A stretch of 64,000 nucleotides of DNA. Origin: a virus. This document shows positions 19,709 to 29,384 of this stretch, piece after piece. The DNA lies in the IMG/VR virus record IMGVR_UViG_3300031963_009342, positions 1 through 64,000 of that record; one strand, 5' to 3'. The position numbers were made by a program, and so were the translations under genes. The number at the start of each line of letters is the position of its first letter. Position 1 is the first letter of the stretch. Below the pieces are notes generated by a model, which searched no databases, had not been told where the DNA came from, and saw nothing but the letters and a program-made list of their open reading frames with translations.

Positions 19709-20539
19709 ATGGCATTAGATATTAGTAAGCTAAAGAGTCGTTTGAACTCTCTTTCAAACACAAATCAAAAATCCAACCTTATTTGGAAACCCAAGCCAGG
19801 CAAACAAGTCGTTCGTATTGTACCTTATAAGTACGTTCCTGAGAATCCCTTCATTGAGCTAAAGTTTCACTACAATCTCAATAACAAGACTTATCTATCT
19901 CCCGATAGTTTCGGTCGTCCAGATCCAATCGTTGAGTTTAGTAATCGTTTGAAGAAGACTGGTTCTAAGGAAGATTGGCAGATGGGTCGCAAGATGGAAC
20001 CAAAGATGCGTACATTTGCGCCGGTAATCGTTCGTGGCGAAGAACATGAAGGTGTAAAGTTCTGGGGATTTGGTAAGCAAGTATATCAGGAACTTCTATC
20101 TATTATCAGCGATCCTGATTTTGGTGATATTACTGATCTAACCAGTGGTCGTGACATCGTTGTTGAATTCAAGACTGCTGAAGGTGGCGCTAGTTTCCCA
20201 GAAACCAGCATTCGTGTTAAGCCAAATGTAAGTGTTGCTATTGATCCAAAGAATACTCAGTTGCTTGATGCTCTAAAGGCACAAGTTAACATTCTGGATC
20301 TATTCCCAGAACTTTCTTATGATGAACTCAAGGAAGTTATGGATAAGTGGTTAAATCCGGAAACATCGGCCGAGTCAACTGTTCCAACTGAAACAGCTGC
20401 TTCTGTTGATGATGATGATGTTCCATTTGCAACACCAGCTAAAGCTACCGTAGCTACAGCACCAGCTTCACCAACTGCTGCTAAAGCAAAGGGTAAGGAT
20501 AGTGTAGAACAAGCATTTGATGACTTGTTTAACTCCTAA
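19709..20539 (+). CDS. Single-stranded DNA-binding protein (T4 gp32-like)
   Basis: WKP..GKQVVRIVP, GVKFWGFGKQVY, DITD..SGRD and an acidic tail ending AFDDLFNS. Confidence 0.9.
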   Translation: MALDISKLKSRLNSLSNTNQKSNLIWKPKPGKQVVRIVPYKYVPENPFIELKFHYNLNNKTYLSPDSFGRPDPIVEFSNRLKKTGSKEDWQMGRKMEPKMRTFAPVIVRGEEHEGVKFWGFGKQVYQELLSIISDPDFGDITDLTSGRDIVVEFKTAEGGASFPETSIRVKPNVSVAIDPKNTQLLDALKAQVNILDLFPELSYDELKEVMDKWLNPETSAESTVPTETAASVDDDDVPFATPAKATVATAPASPTAAKAKGKDSVEQAFDDLFNS

Positions 20540-20550
20540 AAAATAAAAAT

Positions 20551-20583
20551 AAGCCGGTGGAGTTTTTATACACCACCGGTTTT
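20551..20583 (+). terminator. Rho-independent terminator
   Basis: GCCGGTGG...CCACCGGT stem followed by a T-run. Confidence 0.8.
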
Positions 20584-20598
20584 CTAGTTATATACATT

Positions 20599-21741
20599 AT
20601 GGCAAAAAAAAGTGTTACGAAAGAAACTGGACAACGAGACGAATTAGTTGAGTTGTTAGCAAACGAACTAAACAAAGCAAACAAAGATGGTGGCAAGATT
20701 GCTTACTTTCTAGATGAACAAGAAAACCCAGCCGAAATTAGCGACTGGATTAGTACAGGTTCTTCTATTCTGGATCTAGCAATTAGTAACCGTCCGCATG
20801 GAGGTTTGCCTGTTGGTAAGATGATAGAATTCAACGGTTTGGAAGGAACTGGTAAGAGTCTAGTTTCAGCCCACGTTGTTGCTGATACCCAACGAAAGGG
20901 TGGAGTTGCGGTAGTAATTGATACTGAAAACGCAGCTGCTCCTGAGTTCTGGAAGAGTTTGGGTGTAGATCTATCTAAGTTACTGTATGTTCAATGTGAA
21001 ACCGTTGAAGATATTTTTGCTCAGATGGAGAAAATGATTGCAATTGTTCGTAAGAGCAACAAAGATCGTATTCTAACAATCATTGTTGATTCTGTAGCAG
21101 CAGCATCAACAAAGGCAGAACTAGAAAGTGATCATGGCAAGGATGGTTTTGCCACGGGTAAGAGTATTATTATCAGTAAAGCAATGCGTAAGATTACCAC
21201 TATGATTGGTCGTCAAAAGGTTCTTACTGTATTTACTAACCAACTACGTCAGAATCTAAATGCTATGGCATTTGGTGACAAGTATGTAGTAAGTGGTGGT
21301 AAGGCACTAGCTTATCATTGTAGTGTACGTGTTCGTTTGAACAACACTGGTAAACTCAAGAAGGGTGAAGAAATCATTGGTAATGCGTGTAAAGCAGTTG
21401 TTGTTAAAAACAGAATGGGACCACCACAACGTCAAGCAAGTTTTGATATCTATTTCGATAGCGGAATTGCTGACTATAGTAGCTGGATTAAAGTTCTAAA
21501 AGAACAAAATCTGGTTAAACAAGGTGGTGCTTATTACACATACAAAAAAGACGATGGTACTGAATGGAAGTTCCAATCCAAGGACTTTGTGACGACAATG
21601 CAGAGTGACAAACAATTGAGTGAAGAAATTTACTTGAAGATTTGTGATGCTGTTATCATGAAGTACAAAGATCCTAACAGCCAGATCGTCGATGATGCTA
21701 TCGTAGATACAGACGAAGAAACCGCTGGAAACGAAGAATAA
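20599..21741 (+). CDS. uvsX: RecA/UvsX recombinase
   Basis: ISTGS..LDLA..GGLP.G, Walker A GLEGTGKS, IDTENA, IIVDSVAA, FTNQLR and SGGKAL. Start moved to ATG 20599 because the listed GTG lies inside the terminator. Confidence 0.95.
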   Translation: MAKKSVTKETGQRDELVELLANELNKANKDGGKIAYFLDEQENPAEISDWISTGSSILDLAISNRPHGGLPVGKMIEFNGLEGTGKSLVSAHVVADTQRKGGVAVVIDTENAAAPEFWKSLGVDLSKLLYVQCETVEDIFAQMEKMIAIVRKSNKDRILTIIVDSVAAASTKAELESDHGKDGFATGKSIIISKAMRKITTMIGRQKVLTVFTNQLRQNLNAMAFGDKYVVSGGKALAYHCSVRVRLNNTGKLKKGEEIIGNACKAVVVKNRMGPPQRQASFDIYFDSGIADYSSWIKVLKEQNLVKQGGAYYTYKKDDGTEWKFQSKDFVTTMQSDKQLSEEIYLKICDAVIMKYKDPNSQIVDDAIVDTDEETAGNEE

Positions 21742-21745
21742 AAAT

Positions 21746-22810
21746 ATGAGTGGATTCAGTTCATCTGAAAAGAAAAGACTGTTTTCTCTCTTTGAAAATA
21801 TCAAGGAGGATGTTGGAACGGGTCTCAAAAAGAATACCAATTCTGACATCCTCCTTGTTGACGGTTTAAATAATTACATCAGATGTTTCGCTTCTATTCC
21901 ATCTTTGAATGAAGACGGATTGCATACGGGTGGTATTGCTGGATTTTTAAAGAGCGTTGGCTTTGCAATTAAACTACTTTCTCCTACCAGAGTCATTATT
22001 GTATTTGATGGTAAAGGTGGCAGTCAAAAACGTAGAAAGATATATCCTGGTTATAAGAATGGTAGAAAAACGGATATTAAACTCAATCGTAATTATGAAG
22101 AATTGTCTTCTTCACAAATTGAATCTGTTAATTTCAAGAAAGAACTTATTCGTACAGTAAATTATTTGGATACACTGCCTGTAACTGTAATGGCAATTGA
22201 TCAAATAGAAGCAGACGACACAATAGCTTATTTAGCTAAAGATACATTCAAAGACAGTAATGTAACCATTATGTCTACTGATAAAGACTTTCTTCAATTA
22301 TCAAGTGATAAGATTAAAATCTGGAGTCCTACTAAAAAGAAGATTTTTGGCTGCAAAGAAATATTAGATGAATATGGAATTACTTGTAATAACTTTATTT
22401 TCTATAGAATTATGGAAGGTGATACAAGTGACAATATTCCTGGGTTAGATGGAGTTGGATTAAAAAGAGTTGTTAAAGCATTTCCTTTTTTAGCCAACGA
22501 ACAACAAGCTTGTTTACAACAAATTTATAATTATTCTGAAAATTATAAAAGCAAATACAAGATTTATGAAACTGTATTAGATAATAAGTTATTACTTGAA
22601 CGTAATTATGAATTGATGCAGTTACATAACACTCAGATACAGTCTTTTACACAACTACGTGTAGAAGAGATTATTAATACCCCAGTTAAAAAGATAGATA
22701 AAATTAGCTTCTCCAAGTTAATTACAGAAGATAAAATGTGGAACAACATTCCAAATTATCACATTTGGTTAAACGAATGTTTCGGTAAATTAAATAGTTT
22801 CGTAGAATAA
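21746..22810 (+). CDS. 5'-3' exonuclease / flap endonuclease (T4 RNase H, PolI N-terminal-like)
   Basis: LLVDG, VFDG, YK.GR, EADD, STDKDFLQL and GDTSDNIPGLDGVG. Confidence 0.95.
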   Translation: MSGFSSSEKKRLFSLFENIKEDVGTGLKKNTNSDILLVDGLNNYIRCFASIPSLNEDGLHTGGIAGFLKSVGFAIKLLSPTRVIIVFDGKGGSQKRRKIYPGYKNGRKTDIKLNRNYEELSSSQIESVNFKKELIRTVNYLDTLPVTVMAIDQIEADDTIAYLAKDTFKDSNVTIMSTDKDFLQLSSDKIKIWSPTKKKIFGCKEILDEYGITCNNFIFYRIMEGDTSDNIPGLDGVGLKRVVKAFPFLANEQQACLQQIYNYSENYKSKYKIYETVLDNKLLLERNYELMQLHNTQIQSFTQLRVEEIINTPVKKIDKISFSKLITEDKMWNNIPNYHIWLNECFGKLNSFVE

Positions 22811-22830
22811 AAAAAAGTTGGTAATAAAAG

Positions 22831-22859
22831 TTGAGGTACACTAAAAACAGTGATAAAGT
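22831..22859 (+). promoter_or_regulatory. Possible sigma70-like promoter
   Basis: TTGAGG-17-TAAAGT with a TGn extension. Confidence 0.4.
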
Positions 22860-22870
22860 AGTATTATCTT

Positions 22871-24253
22871 ATGGAAAATAAAAAAGCAATTGATTCATTA
22901 ATTAAATATGGTCGGGATTTTCAACTCAAGTGCATTTCGTGCTTAATATCTGATCGTTCGTTTATTGAACGTATTCATGATATTATTGAAGTCGAGTTCT
23001 TTGAGAGTGATGCTAATAAATGGATTCTAAAAGAAAGTTTATCTTACTTTAGTGAATATAAGGACTTGCCTACACTAACAGTATTTAAAATTAAAATTGA
23101 TTCTGTATCGGACGATGTGCTTAAAAAGAGCATTGTAGATAATCTTAAATTGATATACCAAAAAGTTACAGATAATGATCTAAAGTTTGTAAAAGAACAG
23201 TTTCTAGAGTTCTGTAAGAACCAAAAGTTAAAGAATGCTATTATTGAAAGTGCAGATCTACTAGAGATCGGTCAATATGAAAAGATTAAACACGTTGTAG
23301 ACCAAGCTATGAAAGCTGGTATGGAACGTAATATTGGTCACGATTATTCGGAAGACGTTGAAAAACGTATGAGTGTAATGAGTCGTAATTGTGTCAAAAC
23401 CAATTGGGTTGAAATTGATACCATTATGGATGGTGGACTAGCGGCTGGTGAACTTGGTATTATTACAGCTTGTGCTGGTAGTGGTAAGAGTTGGGTACTC
23501 AGCAAACTTGGTGCGGAAGCAATGAAACAAGGTAAGAATGTAGTTCATTTTACTCTTGAGTTGAATGAAAACTATGTAGGATTGAGATACGATAGTTGTT
23601 TTACTGGAATTGATTTCCAGAATATCCGTAACAATGTTGATATTGTAAGAAATAAAATTGCGGAAGTTCCTGGTAAATTAAAGATTAAATACTTCCCAAT
23701 TAAAACAGTCAGTGCATATAGTTTAAAAGCACATTGCGAACGATTGGCTGTATTGGGTACCAAGGTAGATATGATTATTGTTGATTATGCTGATATTCTA
23801 CGTCCATCACAAAGTGAACGTAATAGTAACAGTTATAGTGAAGCTGGTGGTATTTATGAAGAACTTCGTGGTGTAGCTGGTGAATTGCAAGTTCCAATTT
23901 GGAGTGCTTCACAGAGTAACCGGGCTGCTATGGATGAAGATATTATTCAGGCTAACAACATCGCTGATAGTTATCGTAAGATTATGACGGCTGACTTCGT
24001 TATGAGTTTGAGTCGTAAGGTAAATGACAAACAGGCAAATACAGCACGATTCCACGTAATTAAGAATCGTTTTGGTCCAGATGGTTTGACATTCCCAAGC
24101 AAGATGAATGCTGGTTGTGGTCAGATTGAAATCTATAGTGAGAACTCCAAGGAGGGTATGGGTATTCTTAATGAGATGATGGATGGTGAAAATCAAGTTA
24201 AGAAAGCACTAAAATCCAAGTGGAACGTTCATAATAGCGATGATGAAGAATAA
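22871..24253 (+). CDS. Replicative DnaB-like helicase (T4 gp41-like)
   Basis: GGLAAGELG, GSGKS, FTLE, IIVDYAD, SASQSNR and KNRFG. Confidence 0.95.
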   Translation: MENKKAIDSLIKYGRDFQLKCISCLISDRSFIERIHDIIEVEFFESDANKWILKESLSYFSEYKDLPTLTVFKIKIDSVSDDVLKKSIVDNLKLIYQKVTDNDLKFVKEQFLEFCKNQKLKNAIIESADLLEIGQYEKIKHVVDQAMKAGMERNIGHDYSEDVEKRMSVMSRNCVKTNWVEIDTIMDGGLAAGELGIITACAGSGKSWVLSKLGAEAMKQGKNVVHFTLELNENYVGLRYDSCFTGIDFQNIRNNVDIVRNKIAEVPGKLKIKYFPIKTVSAYSLKAHCERLAVLGTKVDMIIVDYADILRPSQSERNSNSYSEAGGIYEELRGVAGELQVPIWSASQSNRAAMDEDIIQANNIADSYRKIMTADFVMSLSRKVNDKQANTARFHVIKNRFGPDGLTFPSKMNAGCGQIEIYSENSKEGMGILNEMMDGENQVKKALKSKWNVHNSDDEE

Positions 24254-24355
24254 TTTATAGTGTGTTGATCAACAAAAACGTGCAAAAAAATTATTAAAAA
24301 AGTTATAATCCAAACACAAAATGAACTATCCAAACGATAGTTATTTTTTATCCGT

Positions 24356-26644
24356 ATGAATAAAGAAATTTTTATAAAGAAGAGAAATGGTAATACTGAG
24401 AAATTCAACGCAGACAAGATCAACAAGATCTTACAATGGGCTACGGAGGATATAAAAGGTGTTAGTTTTGAAGAAGTCGCAATGAATGCTCATCTGTCAT
24501 TCTTTGATGGAATGACATCTAAAGATATTCATTCTATGTTAATTGAAGCTTCTGCTAATCTAATTACAGAAGAAAAACCAAATTATCAATATGTAGCATC
24601 TCGTTTGCTAAATTATCAATTGAGAAAGAATGTTTGGGGAGGTAAAAATCCACCTAAACTATATGATCTAGTAAAAACCAATATTGATGCTTTGGTTTAT
24701 GATGGCGGTATTCTTGACTGGTACAGTAAACAAGAATTTGATAAACTAGATGAGTTTTTAAAGCATGATCGTGATTTTAATTTCACTTATGCTGGTATCA
24801 AACAGTTGTGTGATAAGTACTTGGTACAAAATCGTATTACTAAGACAATTTATGAAACTCCCCAGTTTGCATATATGCTTATCGCCATGACTTTCTTTAA
24901 GGACTATAAAGAAAAGAGACTGGATTATATAAAGAAAGCATACAACTACTTTAGTAAGCATAAGATTAATCTGCCAACGCCTATTATGGCGGGTGTAAGA
25001 ACTCCTATGAAGAGTTATGCTAGTTGTTCTCTCTTTACAGTAGATGATGATCTACGTAGTATTTTTAGTAATAATAGTGCTGTAGGTTTTGCTACCGCTA
25101 GTCGTTATGGAATTGGATTGAATCTATCCAGACTACGTGCTACAAACGCTCCTATTCGTAACGGAGAAGTTGTACACACAGGTCCAATTCCATTCGCTAA
25201 AGCATTTGAATCTACGGTAAAGAGTTGTCACCAAAATGGTATTCGTGGTGGTAGTGCTACGGTAAACTTTGCTTGGTTCCATTATGATATTCTAGATATT
25301 CTTGTATTGAAGAACAACCAAGGTACCGATGATAATCGTGTTCGTAAACTAGACTATTGTGTTGGTTTGGATAAGTTAATCTTTGAAAGATTTCTACAAA
25401 ATAAAGATGTAACACTATTCAGCTATCACGAATGTCCATCACTTTGGAATACATTTGGTATGGAAGGTTTCAAAGAAAAGTATGAAAAGGTTGAAGCTAA
25501 CAAGAACATTAAGTTTAAAAAGAAAGTACCTGCTCGTGAATTGATGGGACTACTTGCTAAAGAACGTCTTGAAACCGGACGTATTTATACAATGTTCGTA
25601 GATCATGCTAATGAACATGGTAGTTGGTTGGATCAGGTAGATACAAGCAATCTATGTCTTGAAGTAAATCATCCATTGACTCCAATTTATGATGTTAATG
25701 ATCCAAACGGTGAAATCGGCGTTTGTGTGTTAGCAGCACTAAATTGGCTGGAGATTAAAGATGATGATGAAATGGCAAGTGTGTGTGACATCATCGTTAG
25801 AATGTTGGATGCTTTGATTGATCATCAAGAATATTTCGTACCAGCAGCAAAGAATTTTGCTACTAAACGTCGTAGTCTAGGTGTAGGTGTAAGTAACTTG
25901 GCTGCTCTATTGGCTAAAGAAGGTTTGAAGTATTGGGATAATAAGGCTCCAAACTTTGTTGCCAAGTGGATGGAAAAGACCAGTTATTATCTAATCAAGG
26001 CTAGTGTACAAATGGCTAAAGAAATTGGTAAGTGTGAGAAGTTTGAACGTACTAAGTTTAGTCAAGGAGTATTACCAATTGATACTTATAAAAAGGATGT
26101 AGATGAATTCATTACTGAACCACTACATTGTGACTGGGAATCTCTACGTGAAGAAATCAAGAAATATGGTATGAGACATAGCACACTTACTGCTTGTATG
26201 CCAGTTGAATCTAGTAGTGTAATTCAAAGTAGTACCAATGGTATTGAACCACCTCGTAGTGCTATTAGTTTCAAGGGAAGCAAGAGTAACATTTTGCCTG
26301 TAGTTGTTCCTAATATTGACAAGTACAAAGAAGATTATACTTTTGCTTTTGATATGCCAAGTAATGAAGGTTACTTGAAGGTAGCAGCTGCTATTCAAAA
26401 ATTTACGGATATGAGTATTAGTACAAATACTTACTATATTCCATCTCGTTATGATAAAAATAAAGTTCCTGTTCAAGAAGTAATTAAGGATATGTTATTG
26501 GCTTACAAATATGGTCTAAAGAACTTGTATTATGCTAATACTGATGACGGTGATAAACAAACCGTTATGGACGAAAAGAAGACAGAAACAAAACAACCAG
26601 TAGTACAAGAATCCGGTTGTGAAAGCGGAGCTTGTGCTCTATAA
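24356..26644 (+). CDS. nrdA: Ribonucleotide reductase class Ia alpha subunit with ATP cone
   Basis: IKKRNG..EKFN cone, PTPIMAG, ASCSL, SNLCLE, GLKNLYY and C-terminal CESGAC. Confidence 0.97.
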   Translation: MNKEIFIKKRNGNTEKFNADKINKILQWATEDIKGVSFEEVAMNAHLSFFDGMTSKDIHSMLIEASANLITEEKPNYQYVASRLLNYQLRKNVWGGKNPPKLYDLVKTNIDALVYDGGILDWYSKQEFDKLDEFLKHDRDFNFTYAGIKQLCDKYLVQNRITKTIYETPQFAYMLIAMTFFKDYKEKRLDYIKKAYNYFSKHKINLPTPIMAGVRTPMKSYASCSLFTVDDDLRSIFSNNSAVGFATASRYGIGLNLSRLRATNAPIRNGEVVHTGPIPFAKAFESTVKSCHQNGIRGGSATVNFAWFHYDILDILVLKNNQGTDDNRVRKLDYCVGLDKLIFERFLQNKDVTLFSYHECPSLWNTFGMEGFKEKYEKVEANKNIKFKKKVPARELMGLLAKERLETGRIYTMFVDHANEHGSWLDQVDTSNLCLEVNHPLTPIYDVNDPNGEIGVCVLAALNWLEIKDDDEMASVCDIIVRMLDALIDHQEYFVPAAKNFATKRRSLGVGVSNLAALLAKEGLKYWDNKAPNFVAKWMEKTSYYLIKASVQMAKEIGKCEKFERTKFSQGVLPIDTYKKDVDEFITEPLHCDWESLREEIKKYGMRHSTLTACMPVESSSVIQSSTNGIEPPRSAISFKGSKSNILPVVVPNIDKYKEDYTFAFDMPSNEGYLKVAAAIQKFTDMSISTNTYYIPSRYDKNKVPVQEVIKDMLLAYKYGLKNLYYANTDDGDKQTVMDEKKTETKQPVVQESGCESGACAL

Positions 26645-26656
26645 TAGGAGGAACAG

Positions 26657-27715
26657 ATGAAGAGTGTATTAAATAAAAAGAATATAGACCAATTAAGAAA
26701 TCCAATGTTTCTAGGAGAAGATCTATCTCTACAGAGATATGATTTGATCAAGTATCCTAAATTCTATGAGTTGTATGATCAACAATTAAACTTTTTCTGG
26801 AGACCACAAGAAGTTTCTCTAGTTAAAGATATTAGTGATTACAAAAATCTTTCACCAGAAGAACGATTTGTATTTGATAGTAACTTGAAGTTTCAAACTA
26901 TGACTGACAGTATGTTGAGTCGTAGTATTCACGAACTAATGAAACACGTTACTAATAGTGAACTAGAAATTTGTATGAATACGTGGAGTTTCTTTGAAAC
27001 TATTCATAGTAACAGTTATACATACATTCTTAATAATGTTTATCCAGACGCTACCAAGTTTTTTGATAGTATCTTGAATGATGAAGAAATTGTTAAGAGA
27101 GCCACTGCTATTAGTAAGAAATATGACGAACTATTAACACCATCAGATGATGTTAAACAACAATTGTTTGATGCTGTATTAGCTACTCAGATTACTGAAG
27201 GGTTAATCTTCTATGTAAGTTTTGCTTGTAGTTTTTATTTCGGATATCGTGGAAAGATGGAGGGTAATAGTAAGATTATTAAATTTATCAGTAGAGATGA
27301 AAATCTTCACGTAGCTATTACCCAAAACATTATGAAGAACTGGATTAATAATCCAGATGAAGGATTCCAAGATATTGTTAAAAAGAATGAAGACAAGATA
27401 TATGCTGCTTATGAAATGGCAGTAAATGCAGAAAAAGACTGGGCTGACTATCTATTCAGTAAAGGTAATCTAGTAGGTCTAACAAGTGAAAGTCTAAAAC
27501 ACTATGTTGAATGGTTAGCAAATAATAGACTAAGTAGTCTTGGGTATAAAAAGTTGTATCCTAATGCCAAGACTAATCCGTTGAGTGGATGGTTGGATAG
27601 TTACTATGATAGTAAGAAATTGCAAGTAGCCCCCCAAGAAACCGAACTAAGTAGTTATGTAAAAGGTGTAGATAATACGATCACCGAAGGTGCATTTGAT
27701 GACTTTAAATTGTGA
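26657..27715 (+). CDS. nrdB: Ribonucleotide reductase class Ia beta subunit
   Basis: FFWRPQEV, FETIHSNSY, EGLIFYVSF, RDENLH and QVAPQETE. Confidence 0.97.
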   Translation: MKSVLNKKNIDQLRNPMFLGEDLSLQRYDLIKYPKFYELYDQQLNFFWRPQEVSLVKDISDYKNLSPEERFVFDSNLKFQTMTDSMLSRSIHELMKHVTNSELEICMNTWSFFETIHSNSYTYILNNVYPDATKFFDSILNDEEIVKRATAISKKYDELLTPSDDVKQQLFDAVLATQITEGLIFYVSFACSFYFGYRGKMEGNSKIIKFISRDENLHVAITQNIMKNWINNPDEGFQDIVKKNEDKIYAAYEMAVNAEKDWADYLFSKGNLVGLTSESLKHYVEWLANNRLSSLGYKKLYPNAKTNPLSGWLDSYYDSKKLQVAPQETELSSYVKGVDNTITEGAFDDFKL

Positions 27716-27741
27716 TATTGGATGTAAATAATCAAAAATGT

Positions 27742-27770
27742 AACGGGTACTTAAATAGTATCCGTTTTTT
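27742..27770 (+). terminator. Rho-independent terminator
   Basis: AACGGGTACT...AGTATCCGTT stem followed by a T-run. Confidence 0.8.
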
Positions 27771-27793
27771 TATATATTTATATATACTTAATT

Positions 27794-28348
27794 ATGGAAA
27801 CATTTTTTAACTATTTAGAAAAAATAATTGTAATAAGCGCTGCTGGAGGAGTACTTTTTGGTGCTTTTAAATGGGTATTTATATTAAATAAAAATATTAA
27901 GGAAATTTTATCCGAAGTCAAACCAAATTCAGGCACTTCTTTGAAAGATCATATTTCTAAAATAGAAAAACAAGTATGCCATGACAGCAATTTGATACAA
28001 ACTATTTGTATTAGACAAAAATGGTTATTAGATAATCGTCCAGAACCCATATTTGAATGTGATACGCATGGTAATTGTACGTGGGTAAATGAAAAATATT
28101 GTCAGTTATTAAAACACGACGTTGAATATTTTTTGAATAATGGATGGAAAAACGGCGTACACCCAGAAGATTTAGAATATGTAGAAAAAGAATGGGAAAA
28201 AACCATAAAAGATAAAAGAAGTAGTGTTAGTACTCATAGGGTGGTTGATAGAGAAGGTACGATTTATAACGTGCGCGTAATCGCTACACGAAACGACAAT
28301 CACGGATATATAGGACACATAGAAGTGTTATCCAATAAAAAAGAATAA
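27794..28348 (+). CDS. Membrane-anchored single PAS-domain protein
   Basis: N-terminal hydrophobic helix IIVISAAGGVLFGAFKWVFI; PAS signature PIFECDTHGNCTWVNEKYCQLL...GW..GVHPEDL...HRVVDREG. Confidence 0.85.
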   Translation: METFFNYLEKIIVISAAGGVLFGAFKWVFILNKNIKEILSEVKPNSGTSLKDHISKIEKQVCHDSNLIQTICIRQKWLLDNRPEPIFECDTHGNCTWVNEKYCQLLKHDVEYFLNNGWKNGVHPEDLEYVEKEWEKTIKDKRSSVSTHRVVDREGTIYNVRVIATRNDNHGYIGHIEVLSNKKE

Positions 28349-28378
28349 TAATTGATCCACAAACACTATTTATATAGT

Positions 28379-29011
28379 ATGAAACATTCCAAAGAATTAG
28401 TAAATAAATTAGTTAAAGAAACTCTTGAACAAAAATATACAAACGCATCCGCTTCTTGGTCTGATTTAATTGATGAATTATCCAAAGATATAAAAAAACC
28501 AATTGTATTGGACGATGCTGGTAATTATAACGTATGTGAATGTGAACCGTATCATATTAGTATACGTCCTATAATACACGGTATCTGTGACGTACAAGCA
28601 TTTAAAGATTACAGCGACAGAACGAAGAAATTGTTTAAAACATTTGATGAAGTTAAAAAGTTTGTCAAAGAATATCTAAATAGTAAAGATTCAAATTATG
28701 TTGATTCTGCTTATCAACGCAATGTTGAAAATAGTAAAGATAAAGAGGGTGGTAAAAAGGCAGATAAAGCTTCTGATGAACAAAACTTAATTGATCCGGA
28801 AAAAAACAACAAAGTGGTGAAAAACATCAAGGCCGACCCAATGAATAAAGAAATTGACGATCCTACTCAACCAATGCGTGAGGTAGAAAAATTTGAAAAA
28901 CAAATTGATCGTAAAAGCAAAAAACCAAGTTATACTCCTCCTACTCTTCCTAAAAATTTGCAAAAATTGGTTGTTAAGTATACAAAAGCTGGTAAGAAGA
29001 AAAAGAAATAA
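28379..29011 (+). CDS. Hypothetical Lys-rich late protein
   Basis: ATG 28379 lies 4 nt after TATTTATA; LVKETLE resembles head-protein processing leaders. Confidence 0.6.
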   Translation: MKHSKELVNKLVKETLEQKYTNASASWSDLIDELSKDIKKPIVLDDAGNYNVCECEPYHISIRPIIHGICDVQAFKDYSDRTKKLFKTFDEVKKFVKEYLNSKDSNYVDSAYQRNVENSKDKEGGKKADKASDEQNLIDPEKNNKVVKNIKADPMNKEIDDPTQPMREVEKFEKQIDRKSKKPSYTPPTLPKNLQKLVVKYTKAGKKKKK

Positions 29012-29033
29012 TTTTATTTTAGTTTAAATTTTT

Positions 29034-29273
29034 ATGATACCAGAATACAATCCAAACGATTATAACGCAGTAATATCACGAATTGATGTAAGTTTAAAAA
29101 ATATTACTGATAAATTAACAGCGATAGAAACTAGTGTAAACGCAAACGTAATTCAAGTAGAAAAACGATTGACTTTGTTAGAACAGTTTAAATGGAAGTT
29201 GATAGGAATAAGTACAGGTATAACCTCTATATTTGCAACATTAGTACATTATTTTACAAATAAACAATCATAA
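29034..29273 (+). CDS. Coiled-coil plus C-terminal TM protein (XhlA/holin-like)
   Basis: VEKRLTLLEQFKWKLIGISTGITSIFATLV architecture. Confidence 0.55.
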   Translation: MIPEYNPNDYNAVISRIDVSLKNITDKLTAIETSVNANVIQVEKRLTLLEQFKWKLIGISTGITSIFATLVHYFTNKQS

Positions 29274-29297
29274 TAATTTTTATCGTCCAATCAAACC

Positions 29298-29324
29298 AAA
29301 AACCATCTAACCGATGGTTTTTTT
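29298..29324 (+). terminator. Rho-independent terminator
   Basis: AAAAACCATC-taacc-GATGGTTTTT. Confidence 0.75.
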
Positions 29325-29334
29325 ATTTTTTGTG

Positions 29335-29362
29335 TTGACTTCTTATAAGTCCGTGGTAAGAT
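29335..29362 (+). promoter_or_regulatory. sigma70-like promoter
   Basis: TTGACT-16-TAAGAT with TGn. Confidence 0.7.
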
Positions 29363-29384
29363 GGATTTACGGTAAGAAAAACAT

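Noticed and set aside
24356-27715. Introns or inteins in nrdAB (also checked PolB, helicase, UvsX)
   Set aside because: Lengths are normal and the motifs are contiguous.
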